64,000 bases of DNA from a candidate division FCPU426 bacterium (GCA_963771075.1 CAVYSE010000018.1:1-64000); one strand, 5' to 3'; positions 19,592 to 33,196 are shown, counted from the first letter of the stretch. Numbers and translations: made by a program. Notes: generated from the letters alone by a model not told the origin.

Positions 19592-20143
19592 GTGACCTCT
19601 AAAGTCAAGGCTGTGGTCCTCGACGCAAGGGACATGGACCGGGCCCTCACCCGAATCGCCCATGAGATTTTGGAAAGAAACAAGGGCACCCAAAACTTGG
19701 TCGTTATCGGCATAAAAAGCCGTGGAGAAATCCTGGCGGAGCGTATCTCCCAAAAGATCAAAACCATCGAGGGCACCGAGATTCCCCATGGCGCCTTGGA
19801 TATCACCTTCTACCGGGACGACGCCGGAATCCATAAGCCCGAAAAGGCGCCCGAATCGACCCATCTGCCCTTTGACGTGAACAACAAAAAGGTGGTCTTG
19901 GTGGACGATGTCCTCTTCACCGGCCGAAGCGCCCGGGCCGCCATCGATCAGATCATCGACTTCGGCCGTCCGGTCGCCATACGCCTGGCAGTCCTGGTGG
20001 ACCGGGGTCATCGCGAGTTCCCCATTCACGCGGATTACATCGGAAAGAATATTCCTTCCAGTTCCAAGGAAGAGGTGCTGGTGCGCGTGAAAGAGAAGGA
20101 TGGGGTGGATGAAGTCGTCATCGCGGAAAAGGAAGAATCTTGA
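19592..20143 (+). CDS. pyrR: Bifunctional pyr operon regulator / uracil phosphoribosyltransferase
   Basis: RALTRIAHEILE, LDITFYRDD, VVLVDDVLFTGR, LAVLVDRGHRE.PI.ADY.GK. GGAGG RBS before GTG 19592. Confidence 0.96.
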   Translation: MTSKVKAVVLDARDMDRALTRIAHEILERNKGTQNLVVIGIKSRGEILAERISQKIKTIEGTEIPHGALDITFYRDDAGIHKPEKAPESTHLPFDVNNKKVVLVDDVLFTGRSARAAIDQIIDFGRPVAIRLAVLVDRGHREFPIHADYIGKNIPSSSKEEVLVRVKEKDGVDEVVIAEKEES

Positions 20144-20151
20144 AACCCAAA

Positions 20152-20255
20152 TCCAACACGAAGACACGAAGCCTCAAAGAAACCCTAAAGAATGGAATGA
20201 ATTTAAAATTCAATGGAATTTGGCGCTCTTCGTACCTTAGTGGCTTCGTGTTGGA
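20152..20255. repeat. Dispersed palindromic element (ACACGAAG family) between pyrR and pyrB
   Basis: Arms tccaacacgaagacacgaag / cttagtggcttcgtgttgga; near-identical arms at 53114-53133 and 53378-53404. Confidence 0.75.
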
Positions 20256-20264
20256 GGTGGTTTT

Positions 20265-21203
20265 ATGAGCTGGAAAACCAAAGACCTGCTGACCCTCGAA
20301 GATCTATCGGCGACCGAGATCACCCACATTCTCGATACCGCCAACTCCTTCAAGGAAGTTTCGACCCGATCGGTCAAAAAGGTGCCGGCCCTACGGGGCC
20401 GTACGGTAGTCCTGTTCTTCCATGAACCCTCCACCCGCACAAGAATTTCCTTTGAGCTGGCCGCCAAGCGGCTCTCGGCCGATATTCTCACTGTCCAAAC
20501 CGCCTCGTCATCGCTGGTGAAGGGCGAGACCCTTCTCGACACCCTCAAGACCCTAGAGTCCATGACCATCGACGCCCTGGTGGTACGGCACAAATGCTCC
20601 GGGGTACCCAAAATGCTGGCTGACGCAACGAACGCTTCCATCATCAACGCGGGTGACGGGGCCCACGAGCACCCGACCCAGGGCCTGCTTGATCTCTTCA
20701 CCATCCGCGAGACCAAGGGTCGCATCGACGGGTTAACCGTCACCATCATCGGGGATATTACGCACAGCCGGGTGGCCCGCTCTGACATCTACGGCCTTAC
20801 CAAACTGGGCGCCAAGGTGAGGCTCTGCGCTCCGCCCACCCTCCTGCCATTCGGCATCGAGAAGATGGGGGTCGAGATTTTCCACGACCTGAACCAGGCG
20901 CTTGAAGGCACCGACGTGGTCTATGTGCTTCGCCTTCAGCTGGAGCGCCAGAAAAAGAACCTCTTTCCCACCATCCGCGAGTATTCCATGCTCTACGGGG
21001 TGACCAATGAACGCCTAAAAAGGGCGAAAAAAGACGCCATGGTCATGCATCCGGGTCCCATGAACCGGGGAGTGGAGATCTCTTCCGGGGTCGCCGACGG
21101 GCCCGGCTCGGTCATCGACGAACAGGTCACCAACGGGGTCGCGGTGCGCATGGCGGTCCTATATCTCCTCCAAGGAGAGAATAAAGAAGGGGTGAAACCA
21201 TGA
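20265..21203 (+). CDS. pyrB: Aspartate carbamoyltransferase catalytic subunit
   Basis: [53 protein letters not shown]. Confidence 0.97.
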   Translation: MSWKTKDLLTLEDLSATEITHILDTANSFKEVSTRSVKKVPALRGRTVVLFFHEPSTRTRISFELAAKRLSADILTVQTASSSLVKGETLLDTLKTLESMTIDALVVRHKCSGVPKMLADATNASIINAGDGAHEHPTQGLLDLFTIRETKGRIDGLTVTIIGDITHSRVARSDIYGLTKLGAKVRLCAPPTLLPFGIEKMGVEIFHDLNQALEGTDVVYVLRLQLERQKKNLFPTIREYSMLYGVTNERLKRAKKDAMVMHPGPMNRGVEISSGVADGPGSVIDEQVTNGVAVRMAVLYLLQGENKEGVKP

Positions 21204-22480
21204 GCTCCATTTTGATCCAGGGCGGGCACGTGGTGGACCCTGCCAACCAGTTGGACGGCGAAGCCGATGTATTCCTCCAGGACGGCAAGATCGCAAAGGT
21301 GGGGAAGGGCCTGAAGGTCAAGGCGGACCAGACGATCGACGCCCGGGGAAAGATCGTGACGCCGGGCCTGGTCGACATCCATGTGCATTTGCGCGAGCCG
21401 GGGTTTGAGTATAAAGAAACTATCGCTTCCGGCACGCTGGCCGCGGTTGCGGGCGGGGTCACTTCGGTGGCCTGTATGCCCAACACCAACCCGCCCATCG
21501 ACGACCAGGCCATCGTTTACTTCATTAAGTCCAAGGCGGAAAAAGAGGGCCACTGTCACGTGTTCCCCATCGGCTGCATCTCGAAACGCCGTGAAGGGGC
21601 CGAAATGGCCGAACTGGGGGAACTCAAGCGCGCGGGAGCGGTGGGATTGTCGGATGACGGGGCGCCCATCATGAACGCCGAGCTCATGCGCCGGGTCATG
21701 GAATACGCCAAGATGCTCGACCTGGTGGTCATCGATCATTGTGAGGATCAGAACCTGGCCAACAACGGTGTCATGAATGAAGGCGTACCCTCCACCCTGC
21801 TGGGCTTGCGGGGCATCCCCGCCGCCTCCGAAACGGTCATGGTGGCCCGCAATATCGTGTTGGCCGAAATGACTGGGGCCCGTTTCCACGTGGCCCACCT
21901 CTCGACCGCAGGTTCAGTCGAATTGGTTCGCCAGGCCAAGAAGAAGGGCCTCAAGGTCACCGCCGAGACCGCTCCCCATTACTGGACCCTTTCGGACAAG
22001 TCGATCAAAAACTACAACGCCAACTTCAAGATGAACCCTCCCCTGAGAAGCGAGGAGGATGTGGCGGCCATCCGAAAGGGCATCAAGGAAGGCGTTATCG
22101 ACTGCATCGCTACCGACCATGCCCCCCACGCCTCCACCGAGAAACAATGCGAATTCGACGAGGCCGCCTTCGGCATCGTTGGGCTGGAAACCATGTTCCC
22201 GCTGACCTATAGCCACCTGGTGGAGCCGGGGGTCATCACCCTTTCCCGGGCGATCGAAATGCTCACTGTTGCCCCCTCCAAGATCGTGGGGATCGACAAG
22301 GGAACCCTGAGCGAAGGCGCGGTCGCTGACGTTTCGATCTTCGACATTACGTATGAACAAAAGGTGGACGTGAGCAAGTTCAAGAGCCGTGGAAAGAATA
22401 CCCCCTTCAACGGATGGAGTCTCAAGGGTTGGGCCCAGACGACCATCGTTGCAGGAGAGATCAAGTATCAAGCGGAGTAA
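21200..22480 (+). CDS. pyrC: Dihydroorotase (type I)
   Basis: [36 protein letters not shown]. Confidence 0.96.
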   Translation: MSSILIQGGHVVDPANQLDGEADVFLQDGKIAKVGKGLKVKADQTIDARGKIVTPGLVDIHVHLREPGFEYKETIASGTLAAVAGGVTSVACMPNTNPPIDDQAIVYFIKSKAEKEGHCHVFPIGCISKRREGAEMAELGELKRAGAVGLSDDGAPIMNAELMRRVMEYAKMLDLVVIDHCEDQNLANNGVMNEGVPSTLLGLRGIPAASETVMVARNIVLAEMTGARFHVAHLSTAGSVELVRQAKKKGLKVTAETAPHYWTLSDKSIKNYNANFKMNPPLRSEEDVAAIRKGIKEGVIDCIATDHAPHASTEKQCEFDEAAFGIVGLETMFPLTYSHLVEPGVITLSRAIEMLTVAPSKIVGIDKGTLSEGAVADVSIFDITYEQKVDVSKFKSRGKNTPFNGWSLKGWAQTTIVAGEIKYQAE

Positions 22481-22489
22481 GATTTTATC

Positions 22490-22606
22490 TGTCATCCCGA
22501 GGAGCGGCACCGATAGGCGCGATTCGCGACGTGGGGATCTCAGGTTTTTTGACTGGGATTGCGACGTCGCCAACCACCCCGATTGGGGTGGCTCCTCGCA
22601 ATGACA
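22490..22606. repeat. Palindromic intergenic element (GTCAT..CGAG...CTCGCAATGAC type)
   Basis: Terminal IR tgtcatcccgaggagc / gctcctcgcaatgaca, with inner gacgtggggatctc / gggattgcgacgtc and ccacccc-gatt-ggggtgg hairpins. Confidence 0.75.
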
Positions 22607-22625
22607 AACGAACAGAGGAAAAGGG

Positions 22626-23828
22626 ATGAAAACCAACAAGTCGAAACGCGCGGTACTAGCTCTAGAAGATGAAACCTGGTTTGAAGGTCTTTCCTTCGGC
22701 GCAGACGGCACCTCTTTCGGTGAGGTGGTATTCAATACTTCCATGACGGGATACCAGGAGATCCTAACCGATCCTTCCTATCGGGGACAGATTGTTACCA
22801 TGACCTACCCCATGATCGGGAACTACGGGGTGAACCCAGTGGACGTGGAATCCCGAAAGCCTTTCCTTTCGGGTTTTGTCGTCAAGGAATACTGTAAGCA
22901 TCCCTCCAGCTACCGTATGACTTCCACCCTTTCGGACTACCTGAAAAAGAACAACCTAATCGGCATCGAGGGGGTTGATACCAGGGCCTTGACCTCGCAC
23001 CTGCGTAAATACGGGGCCAAAAAAGGGGTGATTTCGACCCAGGTCTTGGATCCCAAGAAACTTATCAAGCAGGCCAAGGACAGTCCGGGCCTCATCGGCC
23101 GGGATTTGGTCAAGGAAGTCACCTGCGACAAGCCTTATCACTGGAGCGAACTACCGTTTGACTTAAGTCGACTGTCGACGGTCGACGATCGACAGTCAAA
23201 AGAACCTCAGCAAGAACAGATGAAACTGCATGAATCGGAAACAAGACCTGGTAAGGCCGGAATTCCCATCGCTGCGCTCGATTGCGGCATCAAATACAAC
23301 ATCCTTCGAAAATTGACCGCCCAGGGATTTGATGTGACGGTTTTCCCCGCGACCACGAAGTTCGAAGGTCTAATGAACCAAGGTTTTAAGGGAGTTTTTC
23401 TTTCCAATGGACCGGGCGATCCCGAAGGTGTGCCCTATGTCATCGAGACGGTGCGTCGGTTAATCGATAAGAACGTTCCGACCTTCGGCATCTGTCTGGG
23501 CCATCAGATTTTGGGGCTGGCCCTGGGTGGAAAGACCTACAAGCTCAAGTTCGGCCATCGTGGCGGGAACCAGCCAGTCATCAATACGATCAATCAAAAG
23601 GTCGAGATCACCAGCCAGAACCATGGCTTCGCGGTGGATAACGAAAGCCTGAACAAGGACGAGGTCGTCCTTTCCCACATCAACCTCAGTGACAACACTA
23701 GCGAGGGGATGGAGTTGAAAAACAAGCCGGTTTTCAGTGTGCAATACCACCCAGAAGCCTCACCCGGACCCCATGACGCGAGCTATCTGTTCAAGCAGTT
23801 TAGAGAAATGGTCGAAAAAAATAGTTAA
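22626..23828 (+). CDS. carA: Carbamoyl-phosphate synthase small subunit
   Basis: GEVVFNTSMTGYQE.LTDPSY, LSNGPGDP, FGICLGHQ, SQNHGF, VQYHPEASPGP. Confidence 0.97.
   Translation: MKTNKSKRAVLALEDETWFEGLSFGADGTSFGEVVFNTSMTGYQEILTDPSYRGQIVTMTYPMIGNYGVNPVDVESRKPFLSGFVVKEYCKHPSSYRMTSTLSDYLKKNNLIGIEGVDTRALTSHLRKYGAKKGVISTQVLDPKKLIKQAKDSPGLIGRDLVKEVTCDKPYHWSELPFDLSRLSTVDDRQSKEPQQEQMKLHESETRPGKAGIPIAALDCGIKYNILRKLTAQGFDVTVFPATTKFEGLMNQGFKGVFLSNGPGDPEGVPYVIETVRRLIDKNVPTFGICLGHQILGLALGGKTYKLKFGHRGGNQPVINTINQKVEITSQNHGFAVDNESLNKDEVVLSHINLSDNTSEGMELKNKPVFSVQYHPEASPGPHDASYLFKQFREMVEKNS
23157..23200. repeat. Palindromic heptamer repeat inside the carA linker
   Basis: gtcgact-gtcgacg-gtcgacg-atcgaca; 9-bp IR gactgtcga/tcgacagtc; outer tttgact/agtcaaa. 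Confidence 0.65.
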
Positions 23829-23844
23829 CAATTAGGATTCGAAA

Positions 23845-24486
23845 ATGGGATGTTGTGCATTTTGGGACTTCGCAGGAAAGATTCTGGAAGATGTTATTTC
23901 TGGAATTATCTTATTGTTTCTTGGCTTTTTTATGTTTAAACAGCAAGAAAGTTTTAAAGCCTCTTCTAATGAAGTGAGGGAATTATGCAAGAAAATTCAA
24001 GAGGCTTTAAAACCTTTTGCGGATTTGAATCTGCAATTTGAGAAGTTTGACTTAAACACAAGATTAAATTATCAGGTTAAACTTTCCGACTTCCCTCGAA
24101 AGTTCTGTGGAAGATCTGCTATAGAGAATCAGGTTGCGATAAACATACTTCGTGTAACGGCACCTACTGGATTTGAAATCTCCATCCCTGAAGAATTAAA
24201 CAGAAATGTAATATTGCAAAGACCCCTAGGTTATCTGCGGCATTTTGCGATTCGCTTAGGAACGGCACATAAGGTTTTGTTAGAAACACTTGATCGATTC
24301 AATTCCCGACAGCCGGGAGTTCAGGAAGACAATGTTAGCAATATTTGGAATGAATACCTAAGAACGCGGTTGTTGTTTTCTAATCATTTAAAATCTTTGG
24401 AATCTATTTCCCATAATGCCGTTCATGGTTCTTATGATTGGGTTAAATTTTCCAAGGAGTTAGAAAAATTGGAAATGTCTGATTAG
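23845..24486 (+). CDS. Hypothetical AT-rich protein with N-terminal TM helix
   Basis: 213-aa ORF with AGGA RBS, tightly packed after carA; AT-rich codons. Confidence 0.65.
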   Translation: MGCCAFWDFAGKILEDVISGIILLFLGFFMFKQQESFKASSNEVRELCKKIQEALKPFADLNLQFEKFDLNTRLNYQVKLSDFPRKFCGRSAIENQVAINILRVTAPTGFEISIPEELNRNVILQRPLGYLRHFAIRLGTAHKVLLETLDRFNSRQPGVQEDNVSNIWNEYLRTRLLFSNHLKSLESISHNAVHGSYDWVKFSKELEKLEMSD

Positions 24487-24497
24487 GAGATTAAAAA

Positions 24498-24881
24498 TTG
24501 AAGTGTCCAAATTGCAAGTTGGAAAATCCTCCTAGCGCGTTTCTTTGTGATTGTGGTTATAACTTTGAGACAAAAAAAATAGATGAAGTTGAAGGGATGC
24601 CTAAATTAAAGAGGGCCTGGCGAAACACAAAGTACCTGTTCGTTTTGAAATATTTAACACACCTTCTTTTTTTTGTGAGCAGAGATTTGGGTCTCTTGTG
24701 TTTCGTTCTTGGCGCGATTGTATTTCCTGTTTTTTTGTGGAAGCTGGCGACGGAATTGACGGTCGCTCCTATAAAAAAAGGAATTATCACTCTTTTCGGT
24801 TTTTTTGTAATTTTCGATATCATCGCTTTTGCATGGATTTATGGAATTTATAACAACAAATTAAAACAAAACTACAAATAG
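24498..24881 (+). CDS. Hypothetical zinc-ribbon membrane protein
   Basis: MKCPNC...CDCGYNF ribbon followed by about 3 TM helices; AGGAG RBS before TTG. Confidence 0.7.
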   Translation: MKCPNCKLENPPSAFLCDCGYNFETKKIDEVEGMPKLKRAWRNTKYLFVLKYLTHLLFFVSRDLGLLCFVLGAIVFPVFLWKLATELTVAPIKKGIITLFGFFVIFDIIAFAWIYGIYNNKLKQNYK

Positions 24882-24898
24882 GGAAAACAGGGGATTGA

Positions 24899-28212
<3,314 letters not shown>

Positions 28213-28247
28213 TTAGAAGTATTCATCGGGGGACGAAGGATGGCTGA

Positions 28248-28460
28248 ATGGAATACGACGATCCGATAGAGCCGGTGGAATCCATCCAGCCCTCGAATCC
28301 CGCCCGTCCGCCCAATCCACCCATGCGGCCATTGCGCCAGATCGCCCGGTATTTGAGATATCAAATGATCATGCAACGGCGAAAGAACAGGCGGGTTAGA
28401 AGATCCACCCGCCCGCCCAATTCACCCGATAGTCCCCACGAAATCGATAAACAGGCTTAA
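28248..28460 (+). CDS. Small hypothetical Pro/Arg-rich protein
   Basis: 70-aa ORF with AAGGA RBS filling the gap between carB and the TonB receptor. Confidence 0.45.
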   Translation: MEYDDPIEPVESIQPSNPARPPNPPMRPLRQIARYLRYQMIMQRRKNRRVRRSTRPPNSPDSPHEIDKQA

Positions 28461-28511
28461 CCCACCCTTATAATGTCCCGTCTTTTTAAGCGCATGAATT
28501 AAGGACTTCCA

Positions 28512-30869
28512 TTGTCCCTTGTCCAACCTCGCCATTTGACTCCCCTTTTGCTTTTTTGTTTTATGAATGGATATGCCTTTGCCGTCACCCTTTCCGGAAG
28601 CATCCTGGAAAAGGGAACCCGCGACCCGGTCCTGGGGGGGAGCCTTTACCTGGAAGCGATGGGCAACACCGCCGAAGCCCTATCGAAAGTTCCCGTTACA
28701 ACCCCTTTCAGTTTTAATCCCGAGCCTACGGCCACACCCACACCCAAACCCCCGTCCTATTCAACCGAATCAGGCTTGATGGGAAATTACGAGCTCGCGG
28801 TCCCTGCCGGCCTCTACCGTTTGGTCGCGGCCGGGGAAGGGTACCGGAAGATCATCCTGCCGGTTTTCGAGTTGAACCAAGACACCCATAAGGATTTTTA
28901 CATGGAGCGGGAAGGCTTTTCATTGCCCGAGGTGGTGGTGACCGCCGAAAAACACCCCCCAGACCAGGTCAGCCAAGTGGACCTGACCCATGAGGAACTC
29001 ACCTCGGTGGCGGGCAGCGTGGGTGACGTCATGCGGGCGGTCCAGGCCCTGCCCGGCATTATCAATACGGGGATGCAATACAGCGGACTGCTGGTGCGGG
29101 GAAGCGGCCCCGATGACAATCTTTATCTCGTGGACCACATTCCCATCGGATCCCCTTTCCACTTCGGGGGCGCCATCTCCTCCCTCGACGGGGCCCTCGT
29201 CAAGGACCTGGATTTCGCCTCGGGCGGTTTGAACCCGTCCTTCGGGAACGCCCTGGGAGGGCTGGTGGATGTGACCCAGCGGGACCCGAGGACGGACCAT
29301 TGGGGCGGTCGGGCGGACGTGAACCTGCTCATGGCGGAAGCGGAGGTGGAAGGGCCCGTGTCCTCCAACAGCTCGCTGGTTCTCGCCGGACGGCGCAGCT
29401 ACCTGGACCTGCTGATCGGGGCCTTGAACAGCAGCGCCTTCACCGCCGTGCCGGTTTTCGACGATTACCAGGTGAAATACAGTTTCAATCCCTCCACCAA
29501 GGAACACTGGGATCTCACGGCCCTGGGCAGTTCCGACAAGGTGGGGGTGAATATCAACGGGGACAGCGCGGAACAGGACCCGGTCCTGGGGGGGAACTTC
29601 AACTTTACCGACGGGTTTGACAGCCAGGGCCTGAATTACCAGATCCAACTGGACGATCAAAACAATCTTCGCAACACCCTCTACCATTCCAACAGTTATT
29701 TTAACGAAAGTTTCCAGCATGGCCTTTTCCTGGATACCACCCTGGAGGATTGGGGGGATCGGTTTTCCCTCAAACATGATTTCGATTCCGACACCTGCCT
29801 GGAGGCGGGGGTCCAGTACGACCATCTGTCCAATGGGACGAACGCTGATTTTGAGGTTGTCCCCAATTTCGACGATGACCCGGCCTTCACGGCGACGGGG
29901 GCCCAAACCGTGGTTTCCAACAACCTGTTTCCCTCCAACCTGGCGGCCCTATACGCCGACCTGCATTTCAAGGCGCTTCAAAACCGGCTCGTTCTTTCCG
30001 TGGGCGCGCGATTGGATTATCTCACCTACAATTCCCAGTCCCTGGTCAGCCCCCGCGCCTCCGCGGCCTATCTTCTGGATGACCAAACCACCCTCAAGGC
30101 CTCCTACGGGGTTTATGAGGAGGCGCCCAGCCTGATTGAAGGAAGCACCTATTTGGATCCGGTCCTGGGGAACCCCGGGTTGGGAGCCCAACAATCCATC
30201 GCGGAGGTGGTGGGTTTGGACCGGAAACTGGGCCAAGGATTTCTAGTGCGGGTGGAGGGTTATGAGAAGGATTTTTCCCAATTGATCGTGAGCGAGGGGG
30301 TTACGGTCCATTCGCTTTATTCGGCAAGCTATGCCAACGCCGGCACCGGTTACGCGCGGGGTGTTGAATTTTTCCTCCACCGTGAGCCGACCGAACGCTT
30401 CTTCGGCTGGATTTCCTACGCCTTTAGCGATTCCGAAAGGCAGGATGGGCCCCAGGCGGGATCCGGCCAAAACCTTCATGTCTTCGACTTCGACGAGCCG
30501 AACGTTTTTTCGGCCGTGGCCCATTACAAACTCACCCCGGGGTGGGATGTGGGGTTTAAATGGGTTTACTCCACCGGATTACCCTACACGCCCGTGGTCG
30601 GGAGCATCCCGACGACGATCTTGAACTATTACATTCCCCTGACCGGTGGCGTCAATTCATCCCGCCTGCCTGATTACGAAAGGTTGGACCTTTCCACCTC
30701 CCTTACGACGGTTTACGACACCTGGCAGTGGAAGGTTTATGTGGAGATTATCAATGTCCTCAACAATCAGGATGTGCTGGGTTTTCAATATAACGCCGAT
30801 TATTCCAAGCGCGCCCTAGTTGATGATTTGCCCTTTTTGCCCTACATCGGATTTGAAGCGAAGTATTAG
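28512..30869 (+). CDS. TonB-dependent outer-membrane receptor with N-terminal CarboxypepD_reg-like domain
   Basis: Signal peptide; LSG.ILEKGT..P; EVVVTA; plug D..R..Q.LPG...VRGS....N.YLVD; RLPDY.RLD; ends in aromatic FEAKY. Confidence 0.92.
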   Translation: MSLVQPRHLTPLLLFCFMNGYAFAVTLSGSILEKGTRDPVLGGSLYLEAMGNTAEALSKVPVTTPFSFNPEPTATPTPKPPSYSTESGLMGNYELAVPAGLYRLVAAGEGYRKIILPVFELNQDTHKDFYMEREGFSLPEVVVTAEKHPPDQVSQVDLTHEELTSVAGSVGDVMRAVQALPGIINTGMQYSGLLVRGSGPDDNLYLVDHIPIGSPFHFGGAISSLDGALVKDLDFASGGLNPSFGNALGGLVDVTQRDPRTDHWGGRADVNLLMAEAEVEGPVSSNSSLVLAGRRSYLDLLIGALNSSAFTAVPVFDDYQVKYSFNPSTKEHWDLTALGSSDKVGVNINGDSAEQDPVLGGNFNFTDGFDSQGLNYQIQLDDQNNLRNTLYHSNSYFNESFQHGLFLDTTLEDWGDRFSLKHDFDSDTCLEAGVQYDHLSNGTNADFEVVPNFDDDPAFTATGAQTVVSNNLFPSNLAALYADLHFKALQNRLVLSVGARLDYLTYNSQSLVSPRASAAYLLDDQTTLKASYGVYEEAPSLIEGSTYLDPVLGNPGLGAQQSIAEVVGLDRKLGQGFLVRVEGYEKDFSQLIVSEGVTVHSLYSASYANAGTGYARGVEFFLHREPTERFFGWISYAFSDSERQDGPQAGSGQNLHVFDFDEPNVFSAVAHYKLTPGWDVGFKWVYSTGLPYTPVVGSIPTTILNYYIPLTGGVNSSRLPDYERLDLSTSLTTVYDTWQWKVYVEIINVLNNQDVLGFQYNADYSKRALVDDLPFLPYIGFEAKY

Positions 30870-30885
30870 GATGGGGAATAGGTCC

Positions 30886-31605
30886 CTATGGCTTCATCAA
30901 ATCCCTCAGCGCGTTTTCCAATAACCCCTCGGCGATTTCGTGGTAGTTCACCAGGCCGTTCGCAGTGGAGATCATGTTCCCCTGCCAAAGCAGGCTTCCG
31001 TCCCGGGTGGATACCAGGAAAAGTTCCAGGGCCACTACCATTTGCTTGCCCTTGGCGGACAGCAGGCTGATGTCCTTCTCCAAGATGGACCTTTTGCCCC
31101 AATAGAGGATGGGGTTCCCAGCCGATTTTTCCCGGATATCGACCGAGCAATAGGAGTCGCCGTAGTAATCGATCAGGCCGACCAATGCGTAGGGCCGGTC
31201 ACCGCAAAAAGCGGTGATTCTCGGGTGGTAGCGGTATTTTTCCGGGCTGAGAATGTGCAGGAGGAGGGCGTTTTGGTAGGCCTCGTTAAAAAGGGTCGCC
31301 TCGAAAGAAAGCCCCACATCGGACGCTTTTTGAACGAGGGCGAAATTGGTCTCGTTGACGACCTGGGCTTTATCCGGGAAATAGAGGGTATTGATATTGA
31401 AAACGGAAGGATTGAGATCAAGAAATTTCGTGTTGGACCCGGTCTGGTAAATCCGAAGGGGTTGGTCATAACAACCCAGAAATCGGATGATTCCGTGCGG
31501 TGTTTGGAAGCCGGGGGCGCGGTTATAAAGAGCGTTGGCGAAGGTTGGCTGTGCGAATAGGCATCCCGCGAGGAAGAGAAGAACGGTGGTGATAACTCTT
31601 TTCAC
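30886..31605 (-). CDS. Hypothetical exported protein
   Basis: Signal peptide; C-terminal V.L.L...RDG.LLW.G as seen in LpoB/CsgG-like folds (weak). Confidence 0.6.
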   Translation of the reverse strand: MKRVITTVLLFLAGCLFAQPTFANALYNRAPGFQTPHGIIRFLGCYDQPLRIYQTGSNTKFLDLNPSVFNINTLYFPDKAQVVNETNFALVQKASDVGLSFEATLFNEAYQNALLLHILSPEKYRYHPRITAFCGDRPYALVGLIDYYGDSYCSVDIREKSAGNPILYWGKRSILEKDISLLSAKGKQMVVALELFLVSTRDGSLLWQGNMISTANGLVNYHEIAEGLLENALRDLMKP

Positions 31606-31825
31606 AAGGGCGCCATCCTGGGTTTGAAAACGAGGATTTCAACGGTCATTATAATCTTTGGCTTTTTATCCCCGCCGTAATATCTAGACTGTTCAAAGGG
31701 GAATTCTTCCGGCCCGGGGTCGGTCTATTTGGAACCATGAAAGCTCGGGCCCAACGTCTGGATTGAAATTGACTTCGGGGGAGCTTTAAATACAGCCTAT
31801 TAAACGAGCAAAGTTTGGAGGAAAA

Positions 31826-32542
31826 ATGGAAAAGATCAATCAAACCATGGTGAAACTTTCCGTCTCCGACGGTACTCAGATGTCCGCGTTTTTGGCACGT
31901 CCAGAGTCCGGCGTGAAGGCGGGCTTGTTGGTTTTTCAGGAGGCTTTCGGAGTCAATGAGCATATCAAGAACATTACCCGCCGTTTGGCCAAGGAAGGTT
32001 ATGCGGCCATTGCCCCGGAGCTTTTTCACCGCACCGCGCCGGTGGGTTTCGAGGGGGATTATGGTGATTTTCCCGCACTGAAACCGCACTTTGACGGACT
32101 CACTTCCGACCGGCTGCTGGCGGATATTCGCTCGGCTTATGATTGGCTGCAAACCGAGGTCCAACTCAAACCGACCAAGATCGGCGCCATCGGATTTTGC
32201 ATGGGGGGGCAGGCGGCTTTCTTGGCAAATGCCGAGCTGCAATTGGGGGTGGCGGTTTCCTTCTATGGCAGCCGGATTCTGTCCCAATCCATCGACCGGG
32301 CCAAGGACCAGAAGGCGCCCTTGCTCTTATGCTGGGCGGGGAAGGACAAATCCACTCCTCGCGAAAAGATACAGGAACTCCAATCCGCCTTAAGCGCCGC
32401 AGGGAAAGATTTCATCAACACGGAATTTTCTCAGGCGGAACATGGCTTCAACTGCGACGACCGTCCCGCCTATCATCCCGCCTCAGCCGACACGGCCTGG
32501 GCCATGACGGTGGCCTTCTTGAAAAGGCATCTCGGTGTTTAA
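31826..32542 (+). CDS. Dienelactone hydrolase family protein
   Basis: QEAFGVN.HI, GFCMGG nucleophile elbow, HGF.CD.R..Y. Confidence 0.93.
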   Translation: MEKINQTMVKLSVSDGTQMSAFLARPESGVKAGLLVFQEAFGVNEHIKNITRRLAKEGYAAIAPELFHRTAPVGFEGDYGDFPALKPHFDGLTSDRLLADIRSAYDWLQTEVQLKPTKIGAIGFCMGGQAAFLANAELQLGVAVSFYGSRILSQSIDRAKDQKAPLLLCWAGKDKSTPREKIQELQSALSAAGKDFINTEFSQAEHGFNCDDRPAYHPASADTAWAMTVAFLKRHLGV

Positions 32543-32574
32543 GCGGCGCATCGGCGAATCCTTCCGGGCGGGAG

Positions 32575-33196
32575 ATGAACCCTGATCGAGTGGCTCCAAT
32601 CTTTATTGATCCATGACGGTTATTGGATCTTGTTCCTGCTGGTCTTTATGAATAATTGCTGTGTCCCCTCGCCAGGGGATAAAACCCTCCTCGTAGCGGG
32701 TTTTCTGGTGGGGAAAGGCGCCTTGGGTTGGGTCCCCGTCCTGGCGGTGGGAACTTCGGCCAGTTTTCTGGGATGCGCCACGGCTTATGGACTGGGACTT
32801 TATTTTGGCCGCCCGCTTTTGAAAAAAGCCGCTTGGCTTAAACTTACCCCGGAACGATTCGCCCGCATGGAGCTTTTTCTTGGCCAATATGGACCGAAGG
32901 CGGTTTTTTACGCCCGCTTGGTGGCCCTGCTCCACCCGGTGACCGGACTGTTGGTGGGAATTTGGAAAACCCCCTGGCGGTCTTTTCTGTTTTTCAACTT
33001 CCTGGGAACACTCACTTATGTGGCCTGTTATACCGTGATGGGGCGGTATTTGGGGGAAAGCTGGGAGCTTCATAAGAATAATCCGGGATTCATCGCCGGT
33101 TATGCCTTGGTCCTCCTGTCTTCCTATCTATTGATGGCTTATTATTTGCGCCGCGCGGTTCGTTCCTTTTTCCATGAAACCAAATCCGATTCTTGA
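32575..33196 (+). CDS. DedA family membrane protein (5' end apparently frameshifted)
   Basis: P.PGD..L..AG, YGLG..FGR, .FYARLV. The frame extends to LIEWLQSLL upstream of 32606, and ATG 32575 is one base out of frame at a CCC run. Confidence 0.8.

Noticed and set aside
20237..22744. Long antisense and alternative-frame ORFs over pyrB/pyrC (and similar ones across GC-rich genes)
   Set aside because: Shadow ORFs expected from high-GC codon bias; no motifs or RBS support.
28460..28511. Cobalamin riboswitch / BtuB assignment for the TonB receptor
   Set aside because: The intergenic space is too short, no B12-box is seen, and cobO is about 10 kb away; the substrate is unknown.
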